A DNA stretch of 57,622 bases from a virus (taxonomy: Duplodnaviria; Caudoviricetes): positions 1 to 57,622 of the IMG/VR virus record IMGVR_UViG_3300048837_002337. One strand, written 5' to 3'. Both the position numbers and the translations under genes were made by a program. Positions 45,009 through 54,781 of this stretch are shown piece by piece (the stretch's first letter is position 1; each line of letters starts with the position of its first letter). The notes beneath the pieces were generated by a model. It did no database searches. It worked only from the letters and a program-made list of their open reading frames with translations, and was not told the origin of the DNA.

Positions 45009-45899
45009 ATGACCATGAGCAAACACGACAGCATCGCGCATACGCTCGTCTCGGCGGTGAGCGCCGGCGCCAGCTTCACTGTCTCCTATCCGTCGGGCAA
45101 ATCGGCAGACGACTACCTCGGCGGCAGCGATCACATGATCGTCACGCACACGATCCGCACGCTCTTCGCCAAGTCGGGCGATTTCTCGGTGGCCTTCGGC
45201 GCCTCGAACATCACCGTGACGATGGCCTCCGGCCTGGCGCTGCCGGCGGGCGCGGTGATCTATCTCAACGTCGACCGCGCCGAGCGGGATGATCCGACCA
45301 CGCTTGCGGACACCTCGAAGATGGCCGAGATGACGCTGGTCAAGATCGGCCTCGGGGCACCGGCGACGGCGGATGCCGATGGCGTCTGCGCCTCGCAGGC
45401 GCTCAATACCGGCGTCGACGGGGTGATCGCCGGGGCGCTGGCCGCGGACGGTGTCGCCACCTTCGACAAGCCGCGCAACGTCGTGGCGGCGTGGACCAAC
45501 GCGGCGGTGATCACCGTCACCGGCACCGACGAGTACGGCGAAACCGTGGTCGAGTCCTCGGCCTCCGGTACGTCCTTCACCGGCAAGAAGGCCTTCAAGA
45601 CCGTGACCCAGGTCCGTGTCTCGGCCAACGTGACCGGCCTCACCGTCGGCTCTGGCGTCGTCCTCGGCCTGCCGTGCTTCCTCGCCGATGTCGCCGACGT
45701 GGTGAAGGAGATCATGGACGGCGTCGCGCCGACGGCCGGCACCTTCGTGGCGGGCGACAACACGACCGCGACCGCGACCACCGGAGATGTGCGCGGCACG
45801 CTCTCGCCGAACAGCGCGCCGAACGGCTCGCGCGTCTACGAGGTGATCGCGGCCGTCCGCTCTGCCGCCTACACGGGCGCCGCGCAATACGCCGGCTGA
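45009..45899 (+). CDS. Virion structural (decoration-like) protein
   Basis: A/T/G/V beta-rich; PRNV...GTDEYG...GKKAFK...TGDVRGT; own promoter and downstream hairpin. Confidence 0.7.
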   Translation: MTMSKHDSIAHTLVSAVSAGASFTVSYPSGKSADDYLGGSDHMIVTHTIRTLFAKSGDFSVAFGASNITVTMASGLALPAGAVIYLNVDRAERDDPTTLADTSKMAEMTLVKIGLGAPATADADGVCASQALNTGVDGVIAGALAADGVATFDKPRNVVAAWTNAAVITVTGTDEYGETVVESSASGTSFTGKKAFKTVTQVRVSANVTGLTVGSGVVLGLPCFLADVADVVKEIMDGVAPTAGTFVAGDNTTATATTGDVRGTLSPNSAPNGSRVYEVIAAVRSAAYTGAAQYAG

Positions 45900-45906
45900 T
45901 CTGACG

Positions 45907-45931
45907 CAGGCGGCGGGATGACCGCCGCCTG
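45907..45931 (+). terminator. Hairpin after the structural gene
   Basis: CAGGCGGCGG-GATGA-CCGCCGCCTG; weak U tract. Confidence 0.5.
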
Positions 45932-45965
45932 ACCCTTTCCCGACAGCGCCAGAGGCCCGCACAGC

Positions 45966-47141
45966 ATGCCATTCAACGGAACATCGAAGCGGCTTGAACG
46001 CATCTGGGCCTTCGTCGACCAGTTCATTGCTGGCGAGAACGCGGAGCGAGCCGATTTCGACGTCGTCTTCAATGACGTGGTCAATTCCACCAATGACGCC
46101 GTGGCCTATCTCGAAGGCCTCATCGCCGCGATCAACATCACCGATGCCCGCTTCCTCGGCCTGAAGGCCACGGCGCCGACGACCAGGAACGATGCCTCGG
46201 CGCTGCAGGACGGCGACCAGTATGTCAGTTCCGCCGCCGCCGACCTGGGCGTGATCTATGTCCGCAACTCCGGCGCCTGGATACGGGCGACCGACTACAC
46301 CGCGCCAAGCACCTTCTTCAAGACGCTTCTCGGGGCCGCAGATGCCGCAACGCTGCGCGGGCTCATCGGGCTCGGCAGCGCCGCCACCTCTGCCTCATCG
46401 GCCTTCGCCACATCGGCGCAGGGCACGAAGGCAGACGCCGCGGTACAGGCGCCCGGCGGGATCGCCAACACGATCACCGACTGGAACGACGTCCAGACCT
46501 CCGGCACCGGCTTCTATATCGGCGACGCCGCTGCGGCCAATACGCCGACGGCGCACACCTACACCGGCTACTACATCAAGGCCAATGCGACGAACGGCAT
46601 TCTCATGGCCTTCAGCCCCTCGACTGCGGTCGCGTACAGGCGCTTCTACACAGCGGGCGTCTGGGGCTCCTGGTCAGAGGTGCCGCACGGCGCGGCGCTT
46701 CTCGAACTTCAGGCGCTGGTCCGCACCCGCGGCGATCTCGTCGTCGGCGGCGCCTCGGCCTGGGAACGGCTGGCGATCGGCGCGGCGGATCAGGCGCTTT
46801 ATTCGAACGGAACTGATGCGGGTTGGCAAACCGCCTACCGCTGCCGCGCATGGGTGAAGTTTCAGGTCTCGGCGGGCACGCCCAGCATACTTGCGTCTGG
46901 GAATGTGGCGTCGATCACCGACAACGGCGTCGGGGATTACACGGTGAATTTCCAGACCGCTTTACCGGATGCGAACTATGCCGTCGCAGCGATGTGCTCG
47001 AACAGCGCTTCGAACAGTTCGGTGGTTCTGTTCGACAGCGGCAATCTTCCGACTGCATCTGCGTACCGCTTCACGGCGCGGAATGCGAACACCGGGGGTG
47101 CGCTCGATCCGAGCATCGTCAGTCTCGTTTTCTTCAGGTGA
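45966..47141 (+). CDS. Tail fibre protein
   Basis: APTTRND..LQDGD anchor, knob-like middle, RAWVKF...NVASITDNGVGDYTVNF tip. Confidence 0.85.
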   Translation: MPFNGTSKRLERIWAFVDQFIAGENAERADFDVVFNDVVNSTNDAVAYLEGLIAAINITDARFLGLKATAPTTRNDASALQDGDQYVSSAAADLGVIYVRNSGAWIRATDYTAPSTFFKTLLGAADAATLRGLIGLGSAATSASSAFATSAQGTKADAAVQAPGGIANTITDWNDVQTSGTGFYIGDAAAANTPTAHTYTGYYIKANATNGILMAFSPSTAVAYRRFYTAGVWGSWSEVPHGAALLELQALVRTRGDLVVGGASAWERLAIGAADQALYSNGTDAGWQTAYRCRAWVKFQVSAGTPSILASGNVASITDNGVGDYTVNFQTALPDANYAVAAMCSNSASNSSVVLFDSGNLPTASAYRFTARNANTGGALDPSIVSLVFFR

Positions 47142-47148
47142 GGGTGCC

Positions 47149-47661
47149 ATGCAAGTGATCGTCTTTGACAACGGGAACGGCGTTTCGGTGCTGCACCCTA
47201 CCGCTGACGCCAACCTGGACCAGGTGGAGGCGCGGGTGGTTCCTGCCGAAGCTGCGCGGATCAGGATCGAGGCAAGCAACCTGCCGGATCGCGCAACGCG
47301 AGATCGCTGGCGTCTCTCTGGCGGAGTGATCGAGATCGGACCGGAGGACTTGGGTCAGAGACGGGCCGCCGCCATCCTTGAAAAGGGGGCATTCTGCTCG
47401 ATGCTCAAGCCGACGCGCGCCAACATTCTGTCGGTGAGCGAGGCAGTTCAAGCGGCGCGGGGCGACTGGCCGGCGACCTTCGCGGCCTTCACCGCGTCTC
47501 TGCCAGAGGACGTGGCGGCCGACGCGCAGATCAAGTGGGCGGCGGCAACCGAGATCCACTATGCCGATCCGCTCCTGCAGGCGCTCGCCCTGCATTGGGC
47601 GAATGGAGATCAGGCCGCGGCGACGGCGGTCCTCGATCAGATATTCGGGATAGCGCCATGA
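47149..47661 (+). CDS. Tail fibre assembly chaperone-like protein
   Basis: LPDRATRDRW motif; directly after the fibre gene. Confidence 0.7.
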   Translation: MQVIVFDNGNGVSVLHPTADANLDQVEARVVPAEAARIRIEASNLPDRATRDRWRLSGGVIEIGPEDLGQRRAAAILEKGAFCSMLKPTRANILSVSEAVQAARGDWPATFAAFTASLPEDVAADAQIKWAAATEIHYADPLLQALALHWANGDQAAATAVLDQIFGIAP

Positions 47662-47981
47662 GCCGGCGCGATCTCTGGCCTCTGATGGTCTTCATGGCCA
47701 CTGGCACGCTGACCGCGGCGATGTATCTCGCCTTCGCGGTCGGATACATCGTCCACGGGCGCCTGCCGGCCTGGGCGCAGCCGCTCTGGAAGTACAGCTA
47801 CGGCGCTGTCTTCGTGCTGGCCGATGTCCTCTACAACCTGACGATCGGCTCGCTGATGTGGATCGAGCGACCGACTTTCGAGACATTCACCGCCCGGCTC
47901 ACCCGCAAGAAGGAAACCCACGCCTTCGCGCGCTGGCTTTGCGAGTGCCTGTCGATCTTCGACCCCAACCATTGCCGATAG
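47658..47981 (+). CDS. Membrane-associated conserved phage protein, 107 aa
   Basis: Two hydrophobic segments; D..N...ETFTAR...LC..L..FDPNHC motif. Confidence 0.7.
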   Translation: MSRRDLWPLMVFMATGTLTAAMYLAFAVGYIVHGRLPAWAQPLWKYSYGAVFVLADVLYNLTIGSLMWIERPTFETFTARLTRKKETHAFARWLCECLSIFDPNHCR

Positions 47982-47990
47982 GAGGCCGCC

Positions 47991-48215
47991 ATGGCTGAAG
48001 TCACACTTGCGCAGAACGACACCGGCAACACCGCCGCCCTCACCGAGGACAATGTCTTCGCCGTGACCAAGGGGGCGGTCCTCTTCTCGACCGATGCCGG
48101 GACCACCTGGATTCAATGGTCCGAGGGCGAGAAGGTCATCTTCGCCACCGGGCGCCAGGTCTACTGGAAGAACGAGCGCACCAAGGAAGCCACCTTCAAG
48201 TACATGGCGATCTGA
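47991..48215 (+). CDS. Small beta-rich protein, 74 aa
   Basis: AGGAGG RBS. Confidence 0.7.
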   Translation: MAEVTLAQNDTGNTAALTEDNVFAVTKGAVLFSTDAGTTWIQWSEGEKVIFATGRQVYWKNERTKEATFKYMAI

Positions 48216-48694
48216 TGGGCATCCTGTCGAAACTTCTGGGGCGCCCCGCGCCCGCCGCAGCCGAAGCCGTCGAGGAGATCGAGCGCCGCGGCGCCATGGT
48301 GTGCCTGGCCGGCGATACCTGGCGGATCGAGCCCGCGCCCAAGGTGGTGCAGATCAAGATCGCCTCCACCGCCGACCCGGCGGATTTCACCCGCCAACTG
48401 GTGGGCGAGATGCAGCGCCGGGGCGTGCCGATGCGCTACCTCGAACGCATGATCGACGCCGTCGGCACGAAGATCGGGCCGAACGTGGATCTTGTCTTCC
48501 ACGCCTGGAAGAGCCCGGAGCGCGATCACCGCATCTACCAGCGCCGCATCGTCATGGAACCGAACCCGGGCACGGGCGCGATGGAGCCGCATGAACGGAT
48601 GCTCCTGGTGGAAATCGTCGATGGCGACGAGGAGATGGCCATTCGCAGGGCCAGGCAACTGATGAAGGGAGAAGACAATGGCGTTCATCCTTGA
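48215..48694 (+). CDS. Hypothetical protein, 159 aa
   Basis: TGATG coupling with the previous gene. Confidence 0.65.
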   Translation: MGILSKLLGRPAPAAAEAVEEIERRGAMVCLAGDTWRIEPAPKVVQIKIASTADPADFTRQLVGEMQRRGVPMRYLERMIDAVGTKIGPNVDLVFHAWKSPERDHRIYQRRIVMEPNPGTGAMEPHERMLLVEIVDGDEEMAIRRARQLMKGEDNGVHP

Positions 48695-49052
48695 CGCTGC
48701 GCTCGACGCCGGGCTGAACCGCGCGCTCGACACCGTGGAAAACATGTACATCTGCTCGCAGGAGCCGACGACCTTCACCGAGGCCTCGTCGACCTACAAG
48801 CTGGGCACCAAGGCGACACCGACTATCGCGGCGGCGGCCAACGGCACGCCGAACGGGCGGTCGCGCTCGATCCAGACCTTCACCGACGGCACGGTCGACG
48901 CGAGCGGCACCGCGACACACTGGGCGCTCACCGACAACAGCCTGAGCGAACTGGACGTCACCGGCGCGCTCTCGGCGTCGCAGGCCGTCACCTCCGGAAA
49001 CTCCTGGTCCCTGACCGGGGCGGTCGCGATCCGGTTCGCCGACGCCGCCTGA
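48678..49052 (+). CDS. Small beta-rich fibre-associated protein, 124 aa
   Basis: CSQEPTT...SGTATHWAL...SQAVTSGN motif; GGGAG RBS. Confidence 0.75.
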   Translation: MAFILDAALDAGLNRALDTVENMYICSQEPTTFTEASSTYKLGTKATPTIAAAANGTPNGRSRSIQTFTDGTVDASGTATHWALTDNSLSELDVTGALSASQAVTSGNSWSLTGAVAIRFADAA

Positions 49053-49073
49053 TCCTCCCGGGGAGGCGCGCCC

Positions 49074-51734
49074 ATGGCGTTGCAGTATGTCGGCGGCGCC
49101 ACAGCCTCCAAGGCCGGAAGCACCAGCGGCACCAGCACGATCAACCTGACAGCCCTGACCGGCGGCATCGCAAGTGCCGCCGCTGCGGGCGATCTGGTCA
49201 TTGCGCTGTTCGTCACCGGGTCGAATACCGACCGCACGCTGTCGATCACGGATGGCTCGACGGACTACACGCTGATCGCGTCGGAGCTTTACTCCAACGG
49301 ATCGACCAGCGACACGAACCTGCGCGCCGCCTACAAGTTCATGGGGGTGACGCCGGACACGAGCGTCACATTCGGGGCCACGGGGAACAACCAGGACGCG
49401 GGCGCGATGATCGTCCACGTCTGGCGCGGCGTCGATCCGACAACCCCGCTGGACGTGGCGGCCGTCACAGCGACCGGGACAGGGACGGCGCGCCCCAACC
49501 CGGCGGCGATCACGCCAACGACGACGGGCGCCGTGGTCATCGTCGCCTGTGGCGGCGGGTCCGGCACCAGCACGACCTTCACGATGTCGGGCCTGTCGAA
49601 TTTCCTGACCATCGCGCAGGCGGACAGCTTCGACGCGACGGCGGGCATGGGATCGTTCGCCTGGACCTCCGGTTCGTATGACCCTGCCGCCTCGACGACC
49701 GGCAACACCAACGCCGGGAATAGCTGGGCCGCGATCACGCTGGCGCTGCGTCCGGCGGTTTTCGATGAGGTGGCCGCTGACGGCGTCACCGTTTCTCCCT
49801 CGGTCCCGACCGCGACCATCGGGCAGAACCATCAACTGAGCATCGGCGGCGGCGATGCGACCGCCTCGGTCAACGTGCTGACCACGGGTAAGTCGGCAAC
49901 CGACATCACCACGCCGTTCCAACTGACCACGGCCTCGATCACGGTGACGGCCGGGCGGCCGGTCCTGATCGCGATCAGCGCAGAATATGTGAGCGGGTTC
50001 GATAACCCGCCCTTGTCGCTCACGATCTCGGGCGCGGGCCAGACCTGGACGGAACTCGCGAAGACCCAGATCGACGCGGGCGACCCGGAGTGGGGGCATT
50101 GCCACCTGTGGACCTCCGACGCGGCCAGCGGCGGGTCTGGTGCGCTCACCATCACCTTCCCCGAAGGGGTCGATGACTACGCCTATTCGATCATCGAGAT
50201 CGAGCCCTCCGCGGGCGCCGAAGCCGCCATTGGCACGGCCGACATCTCGGCGGGTGGCGGAACGGCGACGAGCATCAGCGACACGATCAGCGCGGTCGGG
50301 GCGAGCGACTACCAGATCGCCTACACAGGTGTTCGGGCAGACGGCACGACACAGGTCACGCCCCGGTCGGGCTGGACCGACGTCTCGGAAGTCATTCAGC
50401 TTGAGGCAAGTTGGTCCTCGATCGTCCACCTGCAAATCTCGCCGCAGGGCGGGGATACCACGGCCTCGGCAAGCTTCGACGGCTCGCCGAGCGAAAGCCG
50501 CATCATCACGGTCCCGATCACGGTTACGGGCGGCGGTGGTGACGGCCTCACCGTCACCACCCATGTCGCAGATGCCACGATCGCGCATCTCGAAGGCTTC
50601 ACCGCGCCCGAAGTGGTCATCAGCCCGTCGGTCGGCACCGCCTCGATCAGCCAGAACCATGCGCTGGCCGGAGACGCCCAGGCGGTCCAGCCGACCGTTC
50701 CGGCCGCTCCCATCTCACAGACTCATGCCCTCGCCGGGACCGGACTGACCGTCGACGCCAGCATCGGCGCGGCCTCGATCTCCCAGGTGCACGCGCTCGC
50801 CGGATCTTCGGTGGTCGTGCAGCCCTCCGTGCCGACGGCCGCCCTGGCGCAGGCACATGCGCTCGCAGCCGGCGACGCCTCGATCTCGGCCATGGTCGCA
50901 GAGGCGCAGATCGCGCAGAACCATGCTCTGGCCGGCGTGGGCGCTGACGTCTCCGGCGCGGTCGGCGACGGGACGATCTCGACCTCCGACCCGATCACCG
51001 CCTCGCCGGTGACGATCTACGCGGCCGTCGACGCGGCCAGCATCGCCCAGGCGCACGGGCTGGCCGCGCAAGGCGTCGCCGTGCAGCCCGCGACTGACGC
51101 CGCAACAATCACCCAGGCGCATGCGCTCGCCGCCACGGGCCTTGCCAGCCTCGCCTCGGTGCCCGATGCCAGCATCGCGACCGGCTACGGTCTTGCGGGC
51201 GCAGGTGTCTCCGTCGCACCCAGCGTCGAGGGCGCGCAGATCGCGCAGGCGCACGCGCTCGCCGGTGCGGGCGTGACCGTTGCGGGCGAGATCGGACCGG
51301 CCTCGATCGCACAGAACCACGGCCTTGCCGGCGTCGGGATCGTCGTTCAGCCGTCGGTTCCGACCGCTCCCGTCGGCGTCCTGGCGCATGAGATCGCGGC
51401 AGACGGGGTCGCCTCAAGCCTGTCGGTCGAAGCGGCCACCATCGCCGCCCTGTCCAATCTCGCGGCGAGCGGGCTGCTGGTTCAGCCCTCGGTCGGCGCC
51501 GCGGCGATCACGCAGAACCACGGTTTCGCCGCATCGGAGGCGCTGGTTGCGGCATTTGTGGAACAGGCTGCCATGGCGCAGGTTCACCAGTTTTCCGGGG
51601 TCGAGGCCCTGGTGTCGATCTCGGTCGGCGAGGCCTGGCTTGATGGGCTTCCCGGCCTGCCGGCATCGGGCTTCCTTCACGACAAGCGCAACACAGGCAA
51701 GAAGTTCCGCAGGATCATGACGAGCCGTAGATGA
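49074..51734 (+). CDS. 886-aa fibre/adhesin with two N-terminal beta domains and ~22-aa QxHxLA repeats
   Basis: GGGAGG RBS; about 14 repeats such as SQNHALAGDAQAVQPTVPAAPI in the C-terminal half. Confidence 0.8.
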   Translation: MALQYVGGATASKAGSTSGTSTINLTALTGGIASAAAAGDLVIALFVTGSNTDRTLSITDGSTDYTLIASELYSNGSTSDTNLRAAYKFMGVTPDTSVTFGATGNNQDAGAMIVHVWRGVDPTTPLDVAAVTATGTGTARPNPAAITPTTTGAVVIVACGGGSGTSTTFTMSGLSNFLTIAQADSFDATAGMGSFAWTSGSYDPAASTTGNTNAGNSWAAITLALRPAVFDEVAADGVTVSPSVPTATIGQNHQLSIGGGDATASVNVLTTGKSATDITTPFQLTTASITVTAGRPVLIAISAEYVSGFDNPPLSLTISGAGQTWTELAKTQIDAGDPEWGHCHLWTSDAASGGSGALTITFPEGVDDYAYSIIEIEPSAGAEAAIGTADISAGGGTATSISDTISAVGASDYQIAYTGVRADGTTQVTPRSGWTDVSEVIQLEASWSSIVHLQISPQGGDTTASASFDGSPSESRIITVPITVTGGGGDGLTVTTHVADATIAHLEGFTAPEVVISPSVGTASISQNHALAGDAQAVQPTVPAAPISQTHALAGTGLTVDASIGAASISQVHALAGSSVVVQPSVPTAALAQAHALAAGDASISAMVAEAQIAQNHALAGVGADVSGAVGDGTISTSDPITASPVTIYAAVDAASIAQAHGLAAQGVAVQPATDAATITQAHALAATGLASLASVPDASIATGYGLAGAGVSVAPSVEGAQIAQAHALAGAGVTVAGEIGPASIAQNHGLAGVGIVVQPSVPTAPVGVLAHEIAADGVASSLSVEAATIAALSNLAASGLLVQPSVGAAAITQNHGFAASEALVAAFVEQAAMAQVHQFSGVEALVSISVGEAWLDGLPGLPASGFLHDKRNTGKKFRRIMTSRR

Positions 51735-53119
51735 AGAAAAAAGACGACATCATCCTCGCGAAGAACAGGAACGCGCAGTTCGGTTCGGTGCTCTGGAAGG
51801 GCGGCGTGTCAGCGCCTGTTCCGCCTGCGTTCCTCGACGCCGTCATCGTCCGCGCGGTTGCGTCCGATTGGGGCGGGTCGTCGCTGGTCGGCGAGGGGGT
51901 CACCCTAGCGCCGGTTTCCACATCCCCAACGCTGTCCGGCGACGCGCTGGTATTCGATGGCACCGCGGACGTCCTGACGGGGGCGGTTGATTTTGACCTG
52001 AACAGCAAGGCGCTTTTGGTCTGCGGCAAGGCGACGGGGGTCGACAACGCATCCGATGCCCTTGTGACCCTGACCGGCGGCCTTGGGTCGATCAACCTAG
52101 AAGCGCAGACCATCGGAACCTTCAAAGGCCGAATGCGGTCTGTCGCGGGCTACGGCTTCGGGGCAACGCTGGTCAACCCGGCTGACGGGCTGAACGCGGT
52201 CGAGGACATGCTGAACAAGCGCGCGGTCTATGTGTGGAAGTTCGGCACCACGCAGGCAAAGATCACGTCCGGCGCCTATGGGGCCGCGACGACGACCATG
52301 ACCGAAATCGCGCGGGCCATCACCTCGATGACGATTGGCCGCAACGCCACGACGAACTACCTTGGCGGCGAGTTTTACGAGTTGATGGTGCTGGACACCA
52401 CAGACGACGCCGTAATCGCATCGGCGGCGGAATATCTCCGGTCCCTCTACACCGCCGACGCAGCATATATAACGGCCCTGCTGGACGGGAATATTTCAAA
52501 CTGCGGCGACAGCATTTCCGTGGGCGTCGGGGCGACCGGGTCAAACTCCTGGGCGCAACAGACGGCGCGGAACTTCACCTGTTCGCGGACAAACTACGGC
52601 TTTGCCGGTGCGCAGGTGTCGCCGTTCGGCCTGACGCCAGGCGTGGACGACAGCCAGATCGCCGCTTGCTGGTCGCGGGTCACGGCGACGGCCGGAAACT
52701 TCAGCGGCAACGTCGCCGCGTTCCTGTTCGCCGGCACCAACGACTACGGAAACGGAGATGTCCCGCTCGGGACGATCGCCGACACCGACGAGATGACGTT
52801 CTACGGCGCCCTGAATGTGGGCTGGACAGCCTTCCTGGCCAATGCGCCCGCCGCCATGCCGCTGTTCATCTTCACCCCGATCTACCGGACGACCGAGACT
52901 GCCAATGGCGCGGGCCTGACGCTGGAGGACTACCGGGCGGCCATCCGCGCCTGGGTGACGGCCAAGGCCAGCGCGCGGATCAAGCTGGTCGAAATGTCCG
53001 GGTCCGGCATCACCGACGCTGACCTGACCGATGGCCTGCACCCGTCCGACGCCGGGCACGCGAAAATCACCGCCGCCGCCACGCCGCAGATCGCGGCCTT
53101 CTACGGGATCGCTCGATGA
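51731..53119 (+). CDS. Lectin-like N-terminus plus SGNH/GDSL hydrolase (candidate polysaccharide deacetylase spike)
   Basis: GDSIS, AGTND and DGLHP blocks. Confidence 0.85.
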   Translation: MKKKDDIILAKNRNAQFGSVLWKGGVSAPVPPAFLDAVIVRAVASDWGGSSLVGEGVTLAPVSTSPTLSGDALVFDGTADVLTGAVDFDLNSKALLVCGKATGVDNASDALVTLTGGLGSINLEAQTIGTFKGRMRSVAGYGFGATLVNPADGLNAVEDMLNKRAVYVWKFGTTQAKITSGAYGAATTTMTEIARAITSMTIGRNATTNYLGGEFYELMVLDTTDDAVIASAAEYLRSLYTADAAYITALLDGNISNCGDSISVGVGATGSNSWAQQTARNFTCSRTNYGFAGAQVSPFGLTPGVDDSQIAACWSRVTATAGNFSGNVAAFLFAGTNDYGNGDVPLGTIADTDEMTFYGALNVGWTAFLANAPAAMPLFIFTPIYRTTETANGAGLTLEDYRAAIRAWVTAKASARIKLVEMSGSGITDADLTDGLHPSDAGHAKITAAATPQIAAFYGIAR

Positions 53120-53463
53120 TGACAAAGACCTCTTTCGTGGACTCCATCCTGGCCTGGCTCTCGACCGACCCGGGGAAAGCGGTGATCGCCGGCGGCCTCG
53201 GTGGCGTCGTCCGCTGGCTGACCCTGCGCCACAGTCTCGCCGAGGGTATCGTCACCATCGTGATCGGCGGCATATGCGCGATGTTCCTGGGGCCTCTGAC
53301 AACCCCGATCCTCGAACCAACCATCGGCAAGATCGCACCCGTGGGCAACGCGGCCGGGCTTGGCGCCTTCATCGTCGGCATGGCCGGGGTCAGCCTGTCG
53401 GGCCTGATCATGGACATCTTCGAGCGCAAGCGCCGGGGGGCCAACGATGTCGACAAGGATTAA
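53116..53463 (+). CDS. Holin (three TM segments)
   Basis: Three hydrophobic helices and a basic C-terminus; upstream of the endolysin. Confidence 0.75.
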   Translation: MMTKTSFVDSILAWLSTDPGKAVIAGGLGGVVRWLTLRHSLAEGIVTIVIGGICAMFLGPLTTPILEPTIGKIAPVGNAAGLGAFIVGMAGVSLSGLIMDIFERKRRGANDVDKD

Positions 53464-53584
53464 GCGCGAGGCGCGCGTCTGGGCCATCGTGGCGCTGATG
53501 ACGGCATCCTACCTGGCCGGCTCGGCGAACAGCGATTGCTGGGGCTGGCTCGATCGCTTCACCATCGAAAGGGGCGCGCAATGA
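53447..53584 (+). CDS. Small single-TM protein, 45 aa (MSTRIKREARVWAIVALMTASYLAG...)
   Basis: Translated by hand; overlaps the holin end and is ATGA-coupled to the endolysin. Confidence 0.5.
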   Translation: MSTRIKREARVWAIVALMTASYLAGSANSDCWGWLDRFTIERGAQ

Positions 53585-54204
53585 TCCCGTCGGACTTCAA
53601 GGGCAAGGCCAAGCGTCTCGATCAATGGGACTTCGGGCGCATCGGTCGCCTGCTGGGCGTCGGGGAGGACGAGATCCGCGCCGTGGCCGAGGTCGAGACG
53701 CGCGGCGGCGGCTTTGATGCTCTCGGCCGCCCGAAGATGCTCTTCGAGCCGCACATCTTCTGGCGTGAACTCGGCGAGATCAAGCGCGCCAGGGCGGAAC
53801 GGGCCGGGCTTGCCTATCGCAAGTGGGGCAGCGCGCCCTATCCGCGGGACAGCTATCCGCGCCTGGCGGCGGCGATCAGGATCGACCGGCCCGCCGCGCT
53901 GCGGTCGGCCTCCTGGGGCCTCGGGCAGATCATGGGCTTCAACTGCCGCCTCGCGGGCTATGGCACCGCCGAGGAGATGATCGCGGACTTCCTCGATGAC
54001 GAGGAGCGGCACCTGGTCGCGATGGTGGAATTCATCGAGGCGACCGGCCTCGACGACGACCTGCGCCGCCACGACTGGACCGGATTCGCGCGCGGCTACA
54101 ACGGGCCGGGCTACGCGAAGCACGGCTACCACACAGACCTCGCCGCCGCCTTCGCCAAATGGTCGAAGCGCGCCGACACGCCGGAACCGAAGGGGGGCGC
54201 CTGA
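53581..54204 (+). CDS. Endolysin, N-acetylmuramidase (DUF3380 type)
   Basis: AVAEVETRGGGF...LFEPHIF...SASWGLGQIMGFN...FARGYNGPGY. Confidence 0.93.
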   Translation: MIPSDFKGKAKRLDQWDFGRIGRLLGVGEDEIRAVAEVETRGGGFDALGRPKMLFEPHIFWRELGEIKRARAERAGLAYRKWGSAPYPRDSYPRLAAAIRIDRPAALRSASWGLGQIMGFNCRLAGYGTAEEMIADFLDDEERHLVAMVEFIEATGLDDDLRRHDWTGFARGYNGPGYAKHGYHTDLAAAFAKWSKRADTPEPKGGA

Positions 54205-54461
54205 TGCCGGACACGATCAAACTGGACATTCCGAAAGATGCGGCCGTGCGCGCGCTCATCGCGGATCTGCGCAAGATGTTCGACGGGCTGGCCGCGATGG
54301 GGCTCAAGGCGCACCGCATCGAGGATGCGATCAAGAAGCTGAACGACCAGGCGCTTGAGATCGAGCACCTGAAATCTGATCCGCCCTACATCGTCGGCCG
54401 CCGGGATGGGTGGGATGCTGCTTTCGCCTCTGGCGTTCCGGGTGAAGAGGGGGCCGCATGA
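54204..54461 (+). CDS. Hypothetical protein inside the lysis cassette, 85 aa
   Basis: TGATG and ATGA coupling on both sides. Confidence 0.65.
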   Translation: MPDTIKLDIPKDAAVRALIADLRKMFDGLAAMGLKAHRIEDAIKKLNDQALEIEHLKSDPPYIVGRRDGWDAAFASGVPGEEGAA

Positions 54462-54781
54462 TGTTCGGACTTCTCCCAAACCCGACGATGATCCTGGGCG
54501 GCGCGCTTCTTCTCGTGACCGCCTATGCCGTGGTCGACACCCGCGCCTACCACCGGGGCGAAGCCGCCTGCGAGGGCCGTCACGCCGCCGCCCTGGCGCG
54601 TGCGCAGGCCGATACGATCCGCGCCGCCGACCTGGCCAGCCGCATCGAGGCCGAGCGCCTGGCGACCGAGGAAGAAGCCGAGCGCCTGGCGCTCGAATTG
54701 GAGGATGCCGCCCATGCGGACCCTGATGCTGACCGCCAGTGCCTGTCTGCTGACAGCGTGCGGCGGCTCAACCTTCGCTGA
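54458..54781 (+). CDS. Rz: i-spanin
   Basis: N-terminal TM, coiled coil and C-terminal Cys. Confidence 0.85.
   Translation: MMFGLLPNPTMILGGALLLVTAYAVVDTRAYHRGEAACEGRHAAALARAQADTIRAADLASRIEAERLATEEEAERLALELEDAAHADPDADRQCLSADSVRRLNLR

Noticed and set aside
50640-51600. CRISPR-like periodic repeats
   Set aside because: These are degenerate 66-nt coding repeats of a fibre protein; no identical direct repeats with spacers and no cas genes.
45966-53119. Diversity-generating retroelement or invertible fibre cassette
   Set aside because: No reverse transcriptase, no TR/VR duplicate and no invertase seen.
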